This document shows, piece after piece, positions 20,221-28,292 of a stretch of DNA of 64,000 bases (its first letter is position 1; the number at the start of each line of letters is the position of its first letter). The position numbers were made by a program, and so were the translations under genes. A model generated the notes under the pieces. That model did no database searches and had not been told where the DNA came from. It was given only the letters and a program-made list of their open reading frames with translations. This stretch comes from Pedobacter sp. UBA4863 (GTDB lineage: Bacteria > Bacteroidota > Bacteroidia > Sphingobacteriales > Sphingobacteriaceae), in NCBI RefSeq assembly GCF_002399615.1, contig NZ_DHDZ01000036.1, positions 66,091 through 130,090 on the forward strand, read 5' to 3'.

Positions 20221-21942
20221 ATGAAAATGATTAAGAAGAACATAGCCTTGGCCACAGGTTTATTATTGATGGGTAGCACTGCCTCATTTGCGCAAAGTTT
20301 AGCTGATGCTAAGAAAGCGATTGATGCTGAACAATATCAAAAAGCAACATCGATGCTAAAAACATTGGTGGCAAACCAACCTAAAGTAGGAGATAACTAT
20401 TTTAATTTAGGTAAAGTTTATTTATTAACAGATGATATCGACTCTGCAAGAGCAGCTTTTACCAACGGAACTACTGCCGAGCCTAAAAATGCTTTGAACT
20501 ATGTAGGTTTAGGCCAAGCAGATTTAATTGATAATAATGCAACCAATGCTAAAACAAATTTTGATAAAGCGATTAGCTTTAAAGCAAAAGATTATGCAAC
20601 TTATTTAGCCATTGGTAGAGCTTATATAGATCAAAAAAATGTTGATTATGCACAAGCATTGCCAAATTTACAAAAGGCAGACGAGTTAGATTCTAAAGAT
20701 AAAGATCCTGAAACTTTCTTGGCCTTGGCAGATTTTTATGCCATGCAAAGAAAAAATACAGAGGCGTATCCTATGTACCTGAGAGCTTTAGATATTAACC
20801 CTAATTTATATAGAGCTAACGTACAAATTGGCAAGATGTATAAAGACGCTTTTGCTTTTCCAGAGGCAGAAGCTGAAATTAAGAAAGTAATTGCTGCAGA
20901 CCCGAATTACGGCCCTGCTTACAGAGAGTTGGCAGAAACTCAAATGCAGTGGTCTTTTGCCGATCCTAAAAATGGTGAGGCTAAAAGAACCGAAGCTTTA
21001 GAGAACATGAGAAAATATCTAGACTTAACCGATAAGTCTTTTGACTCTCGTTTACGTTACGCCCAGTTTTTGGTATATGCCAGTGATTTTGCAACTTTAG
21101 AGAAAGAAGTTGCTACCTTAAATGCACCAGATGCCAATAATCCTAAAACCTTTGTGGTAATTAGAATGAGAGGTTATTCTGCCGTTGAGAACAAAAACTA
21201 CGAGCAAGGTATCAAATACATGAACGAGCTATTTGGTAGAACTCAAGATGCTGCTCGTATCATCGGTTCAGATTACTTGTACTTGGGTAGAGCGCAGCAA
21301 AATTTAGGGCAAGATAGCTTAGCGTTTATTAATATAGCTAAAGCAGTTAAATTAGATTCTACTAAAGTAGATGCACTTGCCGAAATAGGAAAGAAATTTT
21401 ATGAAGCAAAGAACTTTCCTAAATCTGCGGAGGTTTATAGCAAAGTAGTAAATGCTAACTCTAAAGATCCTAATATTGCAATGAACTACTATTATTTAGG
21501 TGCATCTCACTATTTTGCTTATGCTTTTGATGTTAGGGATAATAAAAATCCGACTAAAGATGCATTAGTAAAAGCAGATACAGCATTCTCAAATTTAATT
21601 AGATTAGCTCCAGACTATGAGACAGCTCATTTATTTAGAGCACGCATAAACAAAAATTTAGACAATGCTGAGACACCAATAGGACTAGCAGTGCCATTTT
21701 ACAGTAAATACATCGAGTTGGTTACAGTATCTAAGCCAGAAAAAGCTGCAGCAAGCAAAACAGGTCTGGTAGAAGCTTATAATTATTTAGGAGCATTTTA
21801 TGCAAATACAGATAAAGAAAAAGCAAAAGAGTTTTTTAATAAAACTTTAGCACTTGATCCTCAAAACGCATTAGCGTTAGATAACTTAAAATATCTAGCA
21901 GGCCCGGCCACGCCAGCAAAGAAAACACCTATTAAGAAGTAA
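20221..21942 (+). CDS. Secreted tetratricopeptide repeat protein
   Basis: Signal peptide (SFAQ); many TPR-like helical repeats. Confidence 0.85.
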   Translation: MKMIKKNIALATGLLLMGSTASFAQSLADAKKAIDAEQYQKATSMLKTLVANQPKVGDNYFNLGKVYLLTDDIDSARAAFTNGTTAEPKNALNYVGLGQADLIDNNATNAKTNFDKAISFKAKDYATYLAIGRAYIDQKNVDYAQALPNLQKADELDSKDKDPETFLALADFYAMQRKNTEAYPMYLRALDINPNLYRANVQIGKMYKDAFAFPEAEAEIKKVIAADPNYGPAYRELAETQMQWSFADPKNGEAKRTEALENMRKYLDLTDKSFDSRLRYAQFLVYASDFATLEKEVATLNAPDANNPKTFVVIRMRGYSAVENKNYEQGIKYMNELFGRTQDAARIIGSDYLYLGRAQQNLGQDSLAFINIAKAVKLDSTKVDALAEIGKKFYEAKNFPKSAEVYSKVVNANSKDPNIAMNYYYLGASHYFAYAFDVRDNKNPTKDALVKADTAFSNLIRLAPDYETAHLFRARINKNLDNAETPIGLAVPFYSKYIELVTVSKPEKAAASKTGLVEAYNYLGAFYANTDKEKAKEFFNKTLALDPQNALALDNLKYLAGPATPAKKTPIKK

Positions 21943-21960
21943 TTTTTATAAGTAATTAAA

Positions 21961-22068
21961 GAGGCTGTCCAAAAAGTTCGGACAGCCTCTAATTTATACA
22001 GGGTGCCTAATGGAGAAAATTTTCATACATCCGACTATGGAATAGACTTTCCTTTTTTGGACAGTCTC
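21961..22068. repeat. Inverted-repeat element/terminator (GAGGCTGTCCAAAAAG … CTTTTTTGGACAGTCTC)
   Basis: Hairpin gaggctgtcc…ggacagcctc at 21961..21989, plus a second complementary arm at 22052..22068. Confidence 0.55.
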
Positions 22069-22092
22069 CTTTATATAGAAATAAATTGTTCT

Positions 22093-22536
22093 TTAATGCA
22101 GCTTACCGGATAGAAGTTTTTTTAATTCTTCAATTTTCTTGTTTTTTCTGCAAATTTTTTCTTCGAGTTCAGTAATTCTGTGTTCTTGTTGTTGTAAAAT
22201 CGTTTGTATTAAATCATACTCACTTTGAGCAATGCTAATAGTTTTATAATGGGTGCTACTATTTGAATTATTGAAAAAAACATCAATTGGTTTTTTTAAA
22301 ATAGAGGCAATTTGCTTTAAGCGGTCTATAGAAACTTTGACAGTTCCGTTTTCAATTTTATGATAAGCACTTTGACCAATGCCCAATTGGTTAGCCATGT
22401 ACTCTTGAGTTAAGCATTTTTCATCGCGATATCTTCTTATATCCTCTAATGAAAAGTTATTGTTTCCACCCCAAATCTTTTTTAATTGTTCTCGGGATAC
22501 AGGTTCCGCATTTACAATGATTTTTTTTAACTCCAT
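22093..22536 (-). CDS. XRE-family HTH regulator with N-terminal double-glycine leader-like peptide and C-terminal coiled coil
   Basis: ATG at 22536 gives MELKKIIVNAEPVSREQLKKIWGG, then the Cro/C1-type HTH (IRRYRDEKCLTQEYMANQLGIGQSAYHKIENG…LKQIASIL) and a heptad-rich tail. Confidence 0.85.
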   Translation of the reverse strand: MELKKIIVNAEPVSREQLKKIWGGNNNFSLEDIRRYRDEKCLTQEYMANQLGIGQSAYHKIENGTVKVSIDRLKQIASILKKPIDVFFNNSNSSTHYKTISIAQSEYDLIQTILQQQEHRITELEEKICRKNKKIEELKKLLSGKLH

Positions 22537-22654
22537 TTGATTTTGCTTTATCACCTTAAAGTTAGATAAGATATATTAAAACTGTAGGAATGAATTTATT
22601 CCTGTGGCTACTTAATTCATTACAGTATAATTTTCTATCAAATGTTTTTTCGAA

Positions 22655-22662
22655 TACATTTG
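22655..22662 (+). promoter_or_regulatory. -7 promoter element for the precursor peptide gene, embedded in an 8-bp inverted repeat
   Basis: TACATTTG; TCAAATGT(22638..22645)-N10-ACATTTGA(22656..22663). Confidence 0.55.
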
Positions 22663-22736
22663 AATATGTCAGTCTATATGACATCGCCAAAGCAGTCAAG
22701 CGTGATTGAATGTATAGAGTTTATTAACTATTCAAA

Positions 22737-22988
22737 ATGTTTAAAATGAGAAAACTAACATTAAACAAGATTAACTTTTCGGGAGCCACAGAACTGACTC
22801 GCGAGCAATTGAAAAAGGTTATGGGTGGCTACACAATGATTGGTGCTGGAGGATGTAGTAGTGATAGTGACTGTGCAACTGGTCAATCATGTTGTCCTGA
22901 TAATCAAGGTGGAGGTTATATTTGCCAGTATTCAGGTATTGTTGAATTACCAAGTGGAGGCTCAGCTGTTTTGCCTTGTCAGAATTAG
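22737..22988 (+). CDS. Double-glycine-leader (Bacteroidota natural-product-precursor type) peptide with six-Cys core
   Basis: Leader …KINFSGATELTREQLKKVMGG; core with C-x5-C-x5-CC-x9-C-x17-C. Start may be the ATG at 22746. Confidence 0.8.
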   Translation: MFKMRKLTLNKINFSGATELTREQLKKVMGGYTMIGAGGCSSDSDCATGQSCCPDNQGGGYICQYSGIVELPSGGSAVLPCQN

Positions 22989-23001
22989 TTGCATAATTAG
23001 C

Positions 23002-23030
23002 AAAGGCAGGATTTGTAATCCTGCCTTTTT
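23002..23030 (+). terminator. Intrinsic terminator after precursor peptide gene
   Basis: aaaggcaggatt-tgt-aatcctgccttttt. Confidence 0.85.
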
Positions 23031-23034
23031 ATTT

Positions 23035-23042
23035 TAATTTTG
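23035..23042 (+). promoter_or_regulatory. -7 promoter element for nuoA
   Basis: TAATTTTG(CC) directly after the terminator; implies the ORF-track TTG start at 23040 is wrong. Confidence 0.6.
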
Positions 23043-23060
23043 CCACAAATCATTACAGTT

Positions 23061-23432
23061 ATGCAAGCACAAAGTACAGCGCAAGATTTTATTCCTATTA
23101 TATTTCAGGTTATTGTAGCGCTAGGTTTCGTAGTCGTTACATTGCTAGCTACTCACCTTTTAGGGCCAAAGCGAAAAACAAAAGATAAATTAACCACTTT
23201 CGAGTCGGGGGTTAAGGTAATAGGTAATGCCCGTCAGCCATTTTCTATCAAGTATTTTTTGGTGGCCATATTATTTGTGCTTTTTGATATAGAAGTGATC
23301 TTTATGTACCCTTGGGCGGTCAATTTTAGAGAGCTAGGCTGGAATGGGATTATAGAGATGTTTATCTTCATGGGAACGCTTTTATTAGGTTTCATTTACG
23401 TGCTAAAAAAGAAAGCATTAGACTGGAATTAA
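23061..23432 (+). CDS. nuoA: NADH-quinone oxidoreductase subunit A
   Basis: FESG…FSIKYFLVAILFVLFDIEVIFMYPWA motif; ATG at 23061 preferred. Confidence 0.95.
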   Translation: MQAQSTAQDFIPIIFQVIVALGFVVVTLLATHLLGPKRKTKDKLTTFESGVKVIGNARQPFSIKYFLVAILFVLFDIEVIFMYPWAVNFRELGWNGIIEMFIFMGTLLLGFIYVLKKKALDWN

Positions 23433-23555
23433 CAGGTTTGAAGCGCTTTATTTAGATTGTTTCTAAATGATGATGATAGCCTCCAATTCCTGCTAAATAT
23501 TGTAAATTTGCTGCTTGTCCTAAGTATATTCGGGCAAGCATTTTTGTTTATAAGC

Positions 23556-24098
23556 ATGAGTGATATCAAAATAGTTGAAGCGCCTCCAGGCATAGAAGGA
23601 AATGGTTTTTTTGCTACTTCCTTAGATAAAGCAATTGGCTTGGCACGTTCACATTCATTATGGCCATTGCCATTTGCCACTTCTTGTTGTGGTATAGAGT
23701 TTATGGCTACCATGGGGTCTCATTATGATTTTGGGCGTTTCGGTTCAGAAAGATTGAGTTTCTCGCCCCGACAAGCAGATGTATTGATGGTGATGGGAAC
23801 TATTGCTAAAAAAATGGGGCCGGTATTAAAACAAGTTTACCTGCAAATGGCCGAACCACGTTGGGTAATGGCAGTAGGTGCTTGTGCATCTAGCGGTGGT
23901 ATTTTCGATACTTATTCGGTATTGCAAGGTATAGACGAGATTATTCCTGTAGATGTTTATGTGCCAGGTTGTCCGCCAAGACCCGAGGCTATTTTAGATG
24001 GCTTTCAGCGCATACAAGATTTAGTGAAAAACGAATCGGGTAGAAAAAGACATTCTCCAGAATATAAAGAACTGTTGGCGAGTTACGGAATACAATAA
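23556..24098 (+). CDS. nuoB: NADH-quinone oxidoreductase subunit B
   Basis: [32 protein letters not shown]; likely start MSDIKIV at 23556, downstream of TAAATTTG at 23503..23510. Confidence 0.96.
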   Translation: MSDIKIVEAPPGIEGNGFFATSLDKAIGLARSHSLWPLPFATSCCGIEFMATMGSHYDFGRFGSERLSFSPRQADVLMVMGTIAKKMGPVLKQVYLQMAEPRWVMAVGACASSGGIFDTYSVLQGIDEIIPVDVYVPGCPPRPEAILDGFQRIQDLVKNESGRKRHSPEYKELLASYGIQ

Positions 24099-24598
24099 TG
24101 GCTAAAGCAACAAATACAGAGTTAATTGAGCTGCTGGGCGAAAAATTCGGTGAGCAGCTTTTTGATGTGACAGAGCCATATGGCTTTTTAACTTTCTCTA
24201 CTCATAAAGATAAAGTAATAGAGGTGTTATCTTTCCTTAAAGATAATGGGAAAATCAACTTTAATTTCCTTACTGATATTACAGCGGTGCACTATCCAGA
24301 AAAAGGACAAATAGCGGTTGTATATCACCTACATAGCATGGTAAGCGGTATTAGAGCAAGGTTAAAAGTTTTTTTACACGAGAACGATCCAAGAATTGCT
24401 TCGGCAACTGTTTTGTGGAACGGTGCAAACTGGATGGAAAGAGAAACCTACGATTTCTTTGGGGTTAAGTTCGAAGGACATCCAGATTTGAGAAGGATAT
24501 TGAATATGGACGACCTAGGTGTTCATCCAATGCTAAAACAATACCCGTTAGAAGACCCTAACAGAGTAGATAAAAAAGACGAATATTTTGGTAGATAA
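24098..24598 (+). CDS. nuoC: NADH-quinone oxidoreductase subunit C
   Basis: ANWMERETYDFFGVKFEGHPDLRRIL motif. Confidence 0.96.
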   Translation: MAKATNTELIELLGEKFGEQLFDVTEPYGFLTFSTHKDKVIEVLSFLKDNGKINFNFLTDITAVHYPEKGQIAVVYHLHSMVSGIRARLKVFLHENDPRIASATVLWNGANWMERETYDFFGVKFEGHPDLRRILNMDDLGVHPMLKQYPLEDPNRVDKKDEYFGR

Positions 24599-24599
24599 A

Positions 24600-24692
24600 C
24601 CCCCTTACCCCCTAAAGGGGGAGTTGGGCATAACATATAGAGTAATATAATTTAAAAATATGAAAGGAAGTCCCCTTTAGGGGAGTTAGGGG
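24600..24692. repeat. REP-like element with CCCCTAAAGGGG arms
   Basis: Left cccccttaccccctaaagggggag; right tcccctttaggggagttagggg (imperfect inverted repeats) around an AT-rich core. Confidence 0.7.
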
Positions 24693-24693
24693 T

Positions 24694-25908
24694 ATGAGTA
24701 ACAATCAACCAGTATATACAGATAACGATCCGCAAGATGGCTTGGTAACCTTAAACTTAGGGCCAACGCACCCTGCAACACACGGGGTGTTTCAAAACAT
24801 CTTACAAATGGATGGCGAACGAATTGTAAGTGGCGTATCTACCATCGGATATATCCATAGGGCTTTCGAAAAAATTGCCGAACATCGTCCATTCTATCAA
24901 ATTACGCCATTAACAGATCGCTTAAACTACTGTTCGTCGCCTATTAATAATATGGGCTGGCACATGACGGTAGAAAAACTTTTAAATATTCAAATCCCTA
25001 AAAGGGTAGATTATTTAAGGGTCATCATTATGGAGCTTTCTCGTATTGCCGATCATATTATCTGTAATACCATTATTGCCCAGGATACAGGTGCAACAAC
25101 CACTTTCCTTTACCTTTTTCAGTACAGAGAGCATATTTACGAGATTTTTGAAGAAATCTGCGGTGCTCGTTTAACCACTAACATTGGCCGTATTGGCGGT
25201 TTAGAAAGAGATTTTAATGAGGTAGCTTTTGCTAAAATCAATAAATTCTTAAAGGAATTTCCAGTTGCGCTAAAAGAGTTTGAAAGCTTGTTGAACCGTA
25301 ACCGTATTTTTATAGACCGTACCAAAGGCGTTGCCGAAGTAACCGCAGAAAATGCATTGAGCTACAGTTGGACGGGCCCATTGTTGCGTGCTACAGGAAT
25401 TGATTACGATGTTCGTGTAAGCGAGCCTTATTCTTCATATCAAGATTTTGATTTTGAAATTCCGGTAGGTACCACAGGCGATGTTTTTGATAGGTACTTG
25501 GTGCGTAATGAGGAGATGTGGCAAAGTGTTCGTATTATCGAGCAAGCTTTAGAAAAGCTAAAATCAGAGCCAAAAGGAATATTCCATGCAGACGTTCCAG
25601 ATTTTTATTTACCAGGAAAAGAGCAGGTTTATAATAACATGGAAGCATTAATCTATCACTTTAAGATTGTGATGGGCGAAATTGATGCGCCAAAAGCAGA
25701 AGTTTACCATGCTGTAGAAGGTGGTAATGGTGAACTTGGGTTCTATTTAATTAATGATGGGGGCAGAAGTCCTTATCGTTTACATTTTAGAAGACCTAGT
25801 TTTATTAACTATCAAATGTATGCTAAAATGAGCGAAGGCATGTTGTTGTCCGACGCCATTATCAACATGAGTAGTTTGAACATTATTGCAGGAGAATTAG
25901 ATGCTTAA
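24694..25908 (+). CDS. nuoD: NADH-quinone oxidoreductase subunit D
   Basis: NLGPTHPATHGV, GYIHRAFEK, DRLNY, GELG, GELDA. Confidence 0.97.
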   Translation: MSNNQPVYTDNDPQDGLVTLNLGPTHPATHGVFQNILQMDGERIVSGVSTIGYIHRAFEKIAEHRPFYQITPLTDRLNYCSSPINNMGWHMTVEKLLNIQIPKRVDYLRVIIMELSRIADHIICNTIIAQDTGATTTFLYLFQYREHIYEIFEEICGARLTTNIGRIGGLERDFNEVAFAKINKFLKEFPVALKEFESLLNRNRIFIDRTKGVAEVTAENALSYSWTGPLLRATGIDYDVRVSEPYSSYQDFDFEIPVGTTGDVFDRYLVRNEEMWQSVRIIEQALEKLKSEPKGIFHADVPDFYLPGKEQVYNNMEALIYHFKIVMGEIDAPKAEVYHAVEGGNGELGFYLINDGGRSPYRLHFRRPSFINYQMYAKMSEGMLLSDAIINMSSLNIIAGELDA

Positions 25909-26425
25909 AGTAGAAGAAACACAACCTGTAGAATTTTCATCAGCTTTGCTAGCTAAGTTTGATGAAGTGGTAAAACGCTATCCAGAAGGAAAGCAAAAAT
26001 CGGCTTTGCTACCCTTATTACACTTGGTGCAAGCAGAATTTGGTTGGACAAGCGTGCCTGCAATGGATAAAGTTGCCGAGTACCTAAAAATTCAGCCAAT
26101 TGAAGTATATGAGGTAGCAAGTTTTTACACCATGTATTTTTTACAGCCCAAAGGAAAATATGTTTTGGAGGTTTGCCGTACTGGGCCTTGTTGCTTAGTG
26201 GGTGCCGAAAAAATAATGGATCATATAGCGCAAAAGCTAGGCGTTAAGGAAGGCGAAGTTACGGCTGATGGTTTATTTAGCTGGAGAGGTGTAGAGTGCT
26301 TGGCAGCTTGTGGTTTTGGCCCGGTTTTACAAATTGGCCCAGAATATACTTTCTACGAAAATTTAACCGAGCAATCGGTAGATCAATTAATTGACGATTT
26401 AAAAAATAAAGATTTGCGACAATAG
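25901..26425 (+). CDS. nuoE: NADH-quinone oxidoreductase subunit E
   Basis: VASFYTMY, VCRTGPC, ECLAACGFGP 2Fe-2S motifs. Confidence 0.96.
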   Translation: MLKVEETQPVEFSSALLAKFDEVVKRYPEGKQKSALLPLLHLVQAEFGWTSVPAMDKVAEYLKIQPIEVYEVASFYTMYFLQPKGKYVLEVCRTGPCCLVGAEKIMDHIAQKLGVKEGEVTADGLFSWRGVECLAACGFGPVLQIGPEYTFYENLTEQSVDQLIDDLKNKDLRQ

Positions 26426-26486
26426 ATTTGAGTATTGAGATTGAACTTTTAGTTTCATATCTCACATCTCACATCTCATATCTAAC
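26425..26486. repeat. Inverted heptamer tandem arrays with no gene between them
   Basis: gatttga-gtattga-gattga … tcatatc-tcacatc-tcacatc-tcatatc. Confidence 0.7.
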
Positions 26487-26489
26487 AAA

Positions 26490-27863
26490 ATGGGACGTAA
26501 ACTATTATTAGAACATATCAATGTGCCGGGCATCAATACGCTAGCGGTTTATCGCGAAAAGGGCGGTTACCGTGCGGTTGAGAAGGCATTGAAGACCCTG
26601 ACTCCAGAAGATATCGTTGAAGAGGTAAAGAAATCAGGGTTAAGAGGTCGCGGTGGTGCTGGTTTTCCTACTGGGATGAAATGGAGCTTTTTGGCTAAGC
26701 CCGAAGGAGTACCACGTTATTTAGTATGTAACGGTGACGAGTCTGAACCGGGTACGTTTAAAGATAGATTCTTAATGACACACATTCCTCATGCTTTAAT
26801 TGAAGGAATGATTGTTTCGAGCTATGCCTTGGGTGCAAACACCTCTTATATTTATGTAAGGGGCGAAATGATGCCTCAAATTAGAATACTAGAAAAAGCA
26901 ATTGAAGAAGCTAAAGCTGCTGGGTTTTTAGGTAAAAATATTTTAGGAACGGGATACGATCTGGAACTTTATGTTCAACCTGGAGGAGGAGCCTACATTT
27001 GTGGTGAAGAGACGGCACTTTTAGAATCATTAGAAGGCAAAAGAGGTAATCCGCGTATTAAACCTCCATTTCCTGCTATTGCTGGTTTGTATGGCTGCCC
27101 AACGGTGGTTAACAACGTAGAATCTATTGCAGCTGTAGTGCCAATTGTAAATGATGGCGGCGATGAATATGCTAAAATCGGTATTGGCAGAAGTACAGGA
27201 ACAAAATTAATATCAGCTTCTGGAAATTTAGTAAAACCAGGAGTTTACGAAATAGAATTAGGCTTACCAGTAGAAGAATTTATCTATTCTGATGAATATT
27301 GCGGTGGTATTGCTAATGGTAAAAGACTAAAGGCAACAGTTGCGGGAGGTTCTTCGGTGCCTATTTTGCCTGCTAACCTAACCTTAAAATTAGCCAATGG
27401 CGAGCCTCGTTTAATGAGTTACGAGTCGTTGTCGGAAGGTGGTTTTGCAACGGGAACCATGTTGGGATCGGGTGGTTTCATCGCTTTTGATGAAGACCAA
27501 TGTATTGTTCGCAATACATGGAACTTTTCTAGTTTCTATCATCACGAAAGTTGCGGACAATGTTCGCCTTGTAGAGAAGGAACGGGATGGATGGAGAAAA
27601 TTCTTCATAAAATTGAACACGGACACGGAACTATGGAAGACATCGATCTTTTATGGGATGTACAGCGTAAAATAGAAGGTAACACCATCTGTCCGTTGGG
27701 CGATGCAGCAGCTTGGCCGGTGGCCGCAGCTATTCGTCATTTTAGAGACGAGTTTGAGTGGCACGTGAAAGAGCCTATGAAGAGCCAAAGCACCAATTAT
27801 GGTTTAGCGAACTATGCTAATCCGATTGAAAAGGCTCCGGAAGAAGTAAAAAGTCAAAATTAA
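26490..27863 (+). CDS. nuoF: NADH-quinone oxidoreductase subunit F
   Basis: [54 protein letters not shown]. Confidence 0.97.
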   Translation: MGRKLLLEHINVPGINTLAVYREKGGYRAVEKALKTLTPEDIVEEVKKSGLRGRGGAGFPTGMKWSFLAKPEGVPRYLVCNGDESEPGTFKDRFLMTHIPHALIEGMIVSSYALGANTSYIYVRGEMMPQIRILEKAIEEAKAAGFLGKNILGTGYDLELYVQPGGGAYICGEETALLESLEGKRGNPRIKPPFPAIAGLYGCPTVVNNVESIAAVVPIVNDGGDEYAKIGIGRSTGTKLISASGNLVKPGVYEIELGLPVEEFIYSDEYCGGIANGKRLKATVAGGSSVPILPANLTLKLANGEPRLMSYESLSEGGFATGTMLGSGGFIAFDEDQCIVRNTWNFSSFYHHESCGQCSPCREGTGWMEKILHKIEHGHGTMEDIDLLWDVQRKIEGNTICPLGDAAAWPVAAAIRHFRDEFEWHVKEPMKSQSTNYGLANYANPIEKAPEEVKSQN

Positions 27864-27873
27864 AAAGTAAAAA
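27846..27873 (+). repeat. Heptamer tandem array upstream of four-helix-bundle gene
   Basis: gtaaaaa-gtcaaaa-ttaaaaa-gtaaaaa, overlapping the nuoF 3' end. Confidence 0.7.
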
Positions 27874-28239
27874 ATGTCTGAAGAAAAGGCATATGATATT
27901 AAAATAAGGGCTTACCATTTTTCGAAAGCCATTATCAATCTAATATCTAAAACCAAAATTGAAAGACTATACTTTTCAATTGTTGATCAGTTAATAAGAA
28001 GTGCAACTTCAATAGGTGCCAATGTAGTGGAAGCTAAGGCGGGAAGTTCGAGAAAAGATTTTAGGAATTTTTATACTATAGCCCTAAAATCTGCAAACGA
28101 AACTAAATATTGGCTCTGCTTAATTAGAGATACAGAGGTAGTTGGAGTTGACAAAGAGATAATAAAAGAATTATTAAAAGAAGTTGATGAAATATCAAAA
28201 ATAATCGCTTCGATAATAATCAATATAAATAAAGAATAG
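27874..28239 (+). CDS. Four-helix-bundle protein (23S rRNA IVS-encoded / Avd-like family)
   Basis: DQLIRSATSIGANVVEA…R.DF..F..IALKSANETKYWL signature. Confidence 0.9.
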   Translation: MSEEKAYDIKIRAYHFSKAIINLISKTKIERLYFSIVDQLIRSATSIGANVVEAKAGSSRKDFRNFYTIALKSANETKYWLCLIRDTEVVGVDKEIIKELLKEVDEISKIIASIIININKE

Positions 28240-28257
28240 GTTAAAAGCTAGTGATTG

Positions 28258-28285
28258 TTTTTAATTTTTAATTTTCACTTTTGAC
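28258..28285 (+). repeat. Heptamer tandem array downstream of four-helix-bundle gene, inverted relative to the upstream array
   Basis: tttttaa-tttttaa-ttttcac-ttttgac; units are reverse complements of the upstream units. Confidence 0.7.
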
Positions 28286-28292
28286 TTGAAGA

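Noticed and set aside
23040-23555. ORF-track starts of nuoA (23040) and nuoB (23457)
   Set aside because: Both extensions overlap TAnnTTTG promoter boxes; downstream ATGs (23061, 23556) are more plausible.
27874-28239. Diversity-generating retroelement suggested by the Avd-like gene
   Set aside because: No reverse transcriptase and no template/variable repeat pair with A-specific mismatches in the window; the 184-bp repeat is exact and far away.
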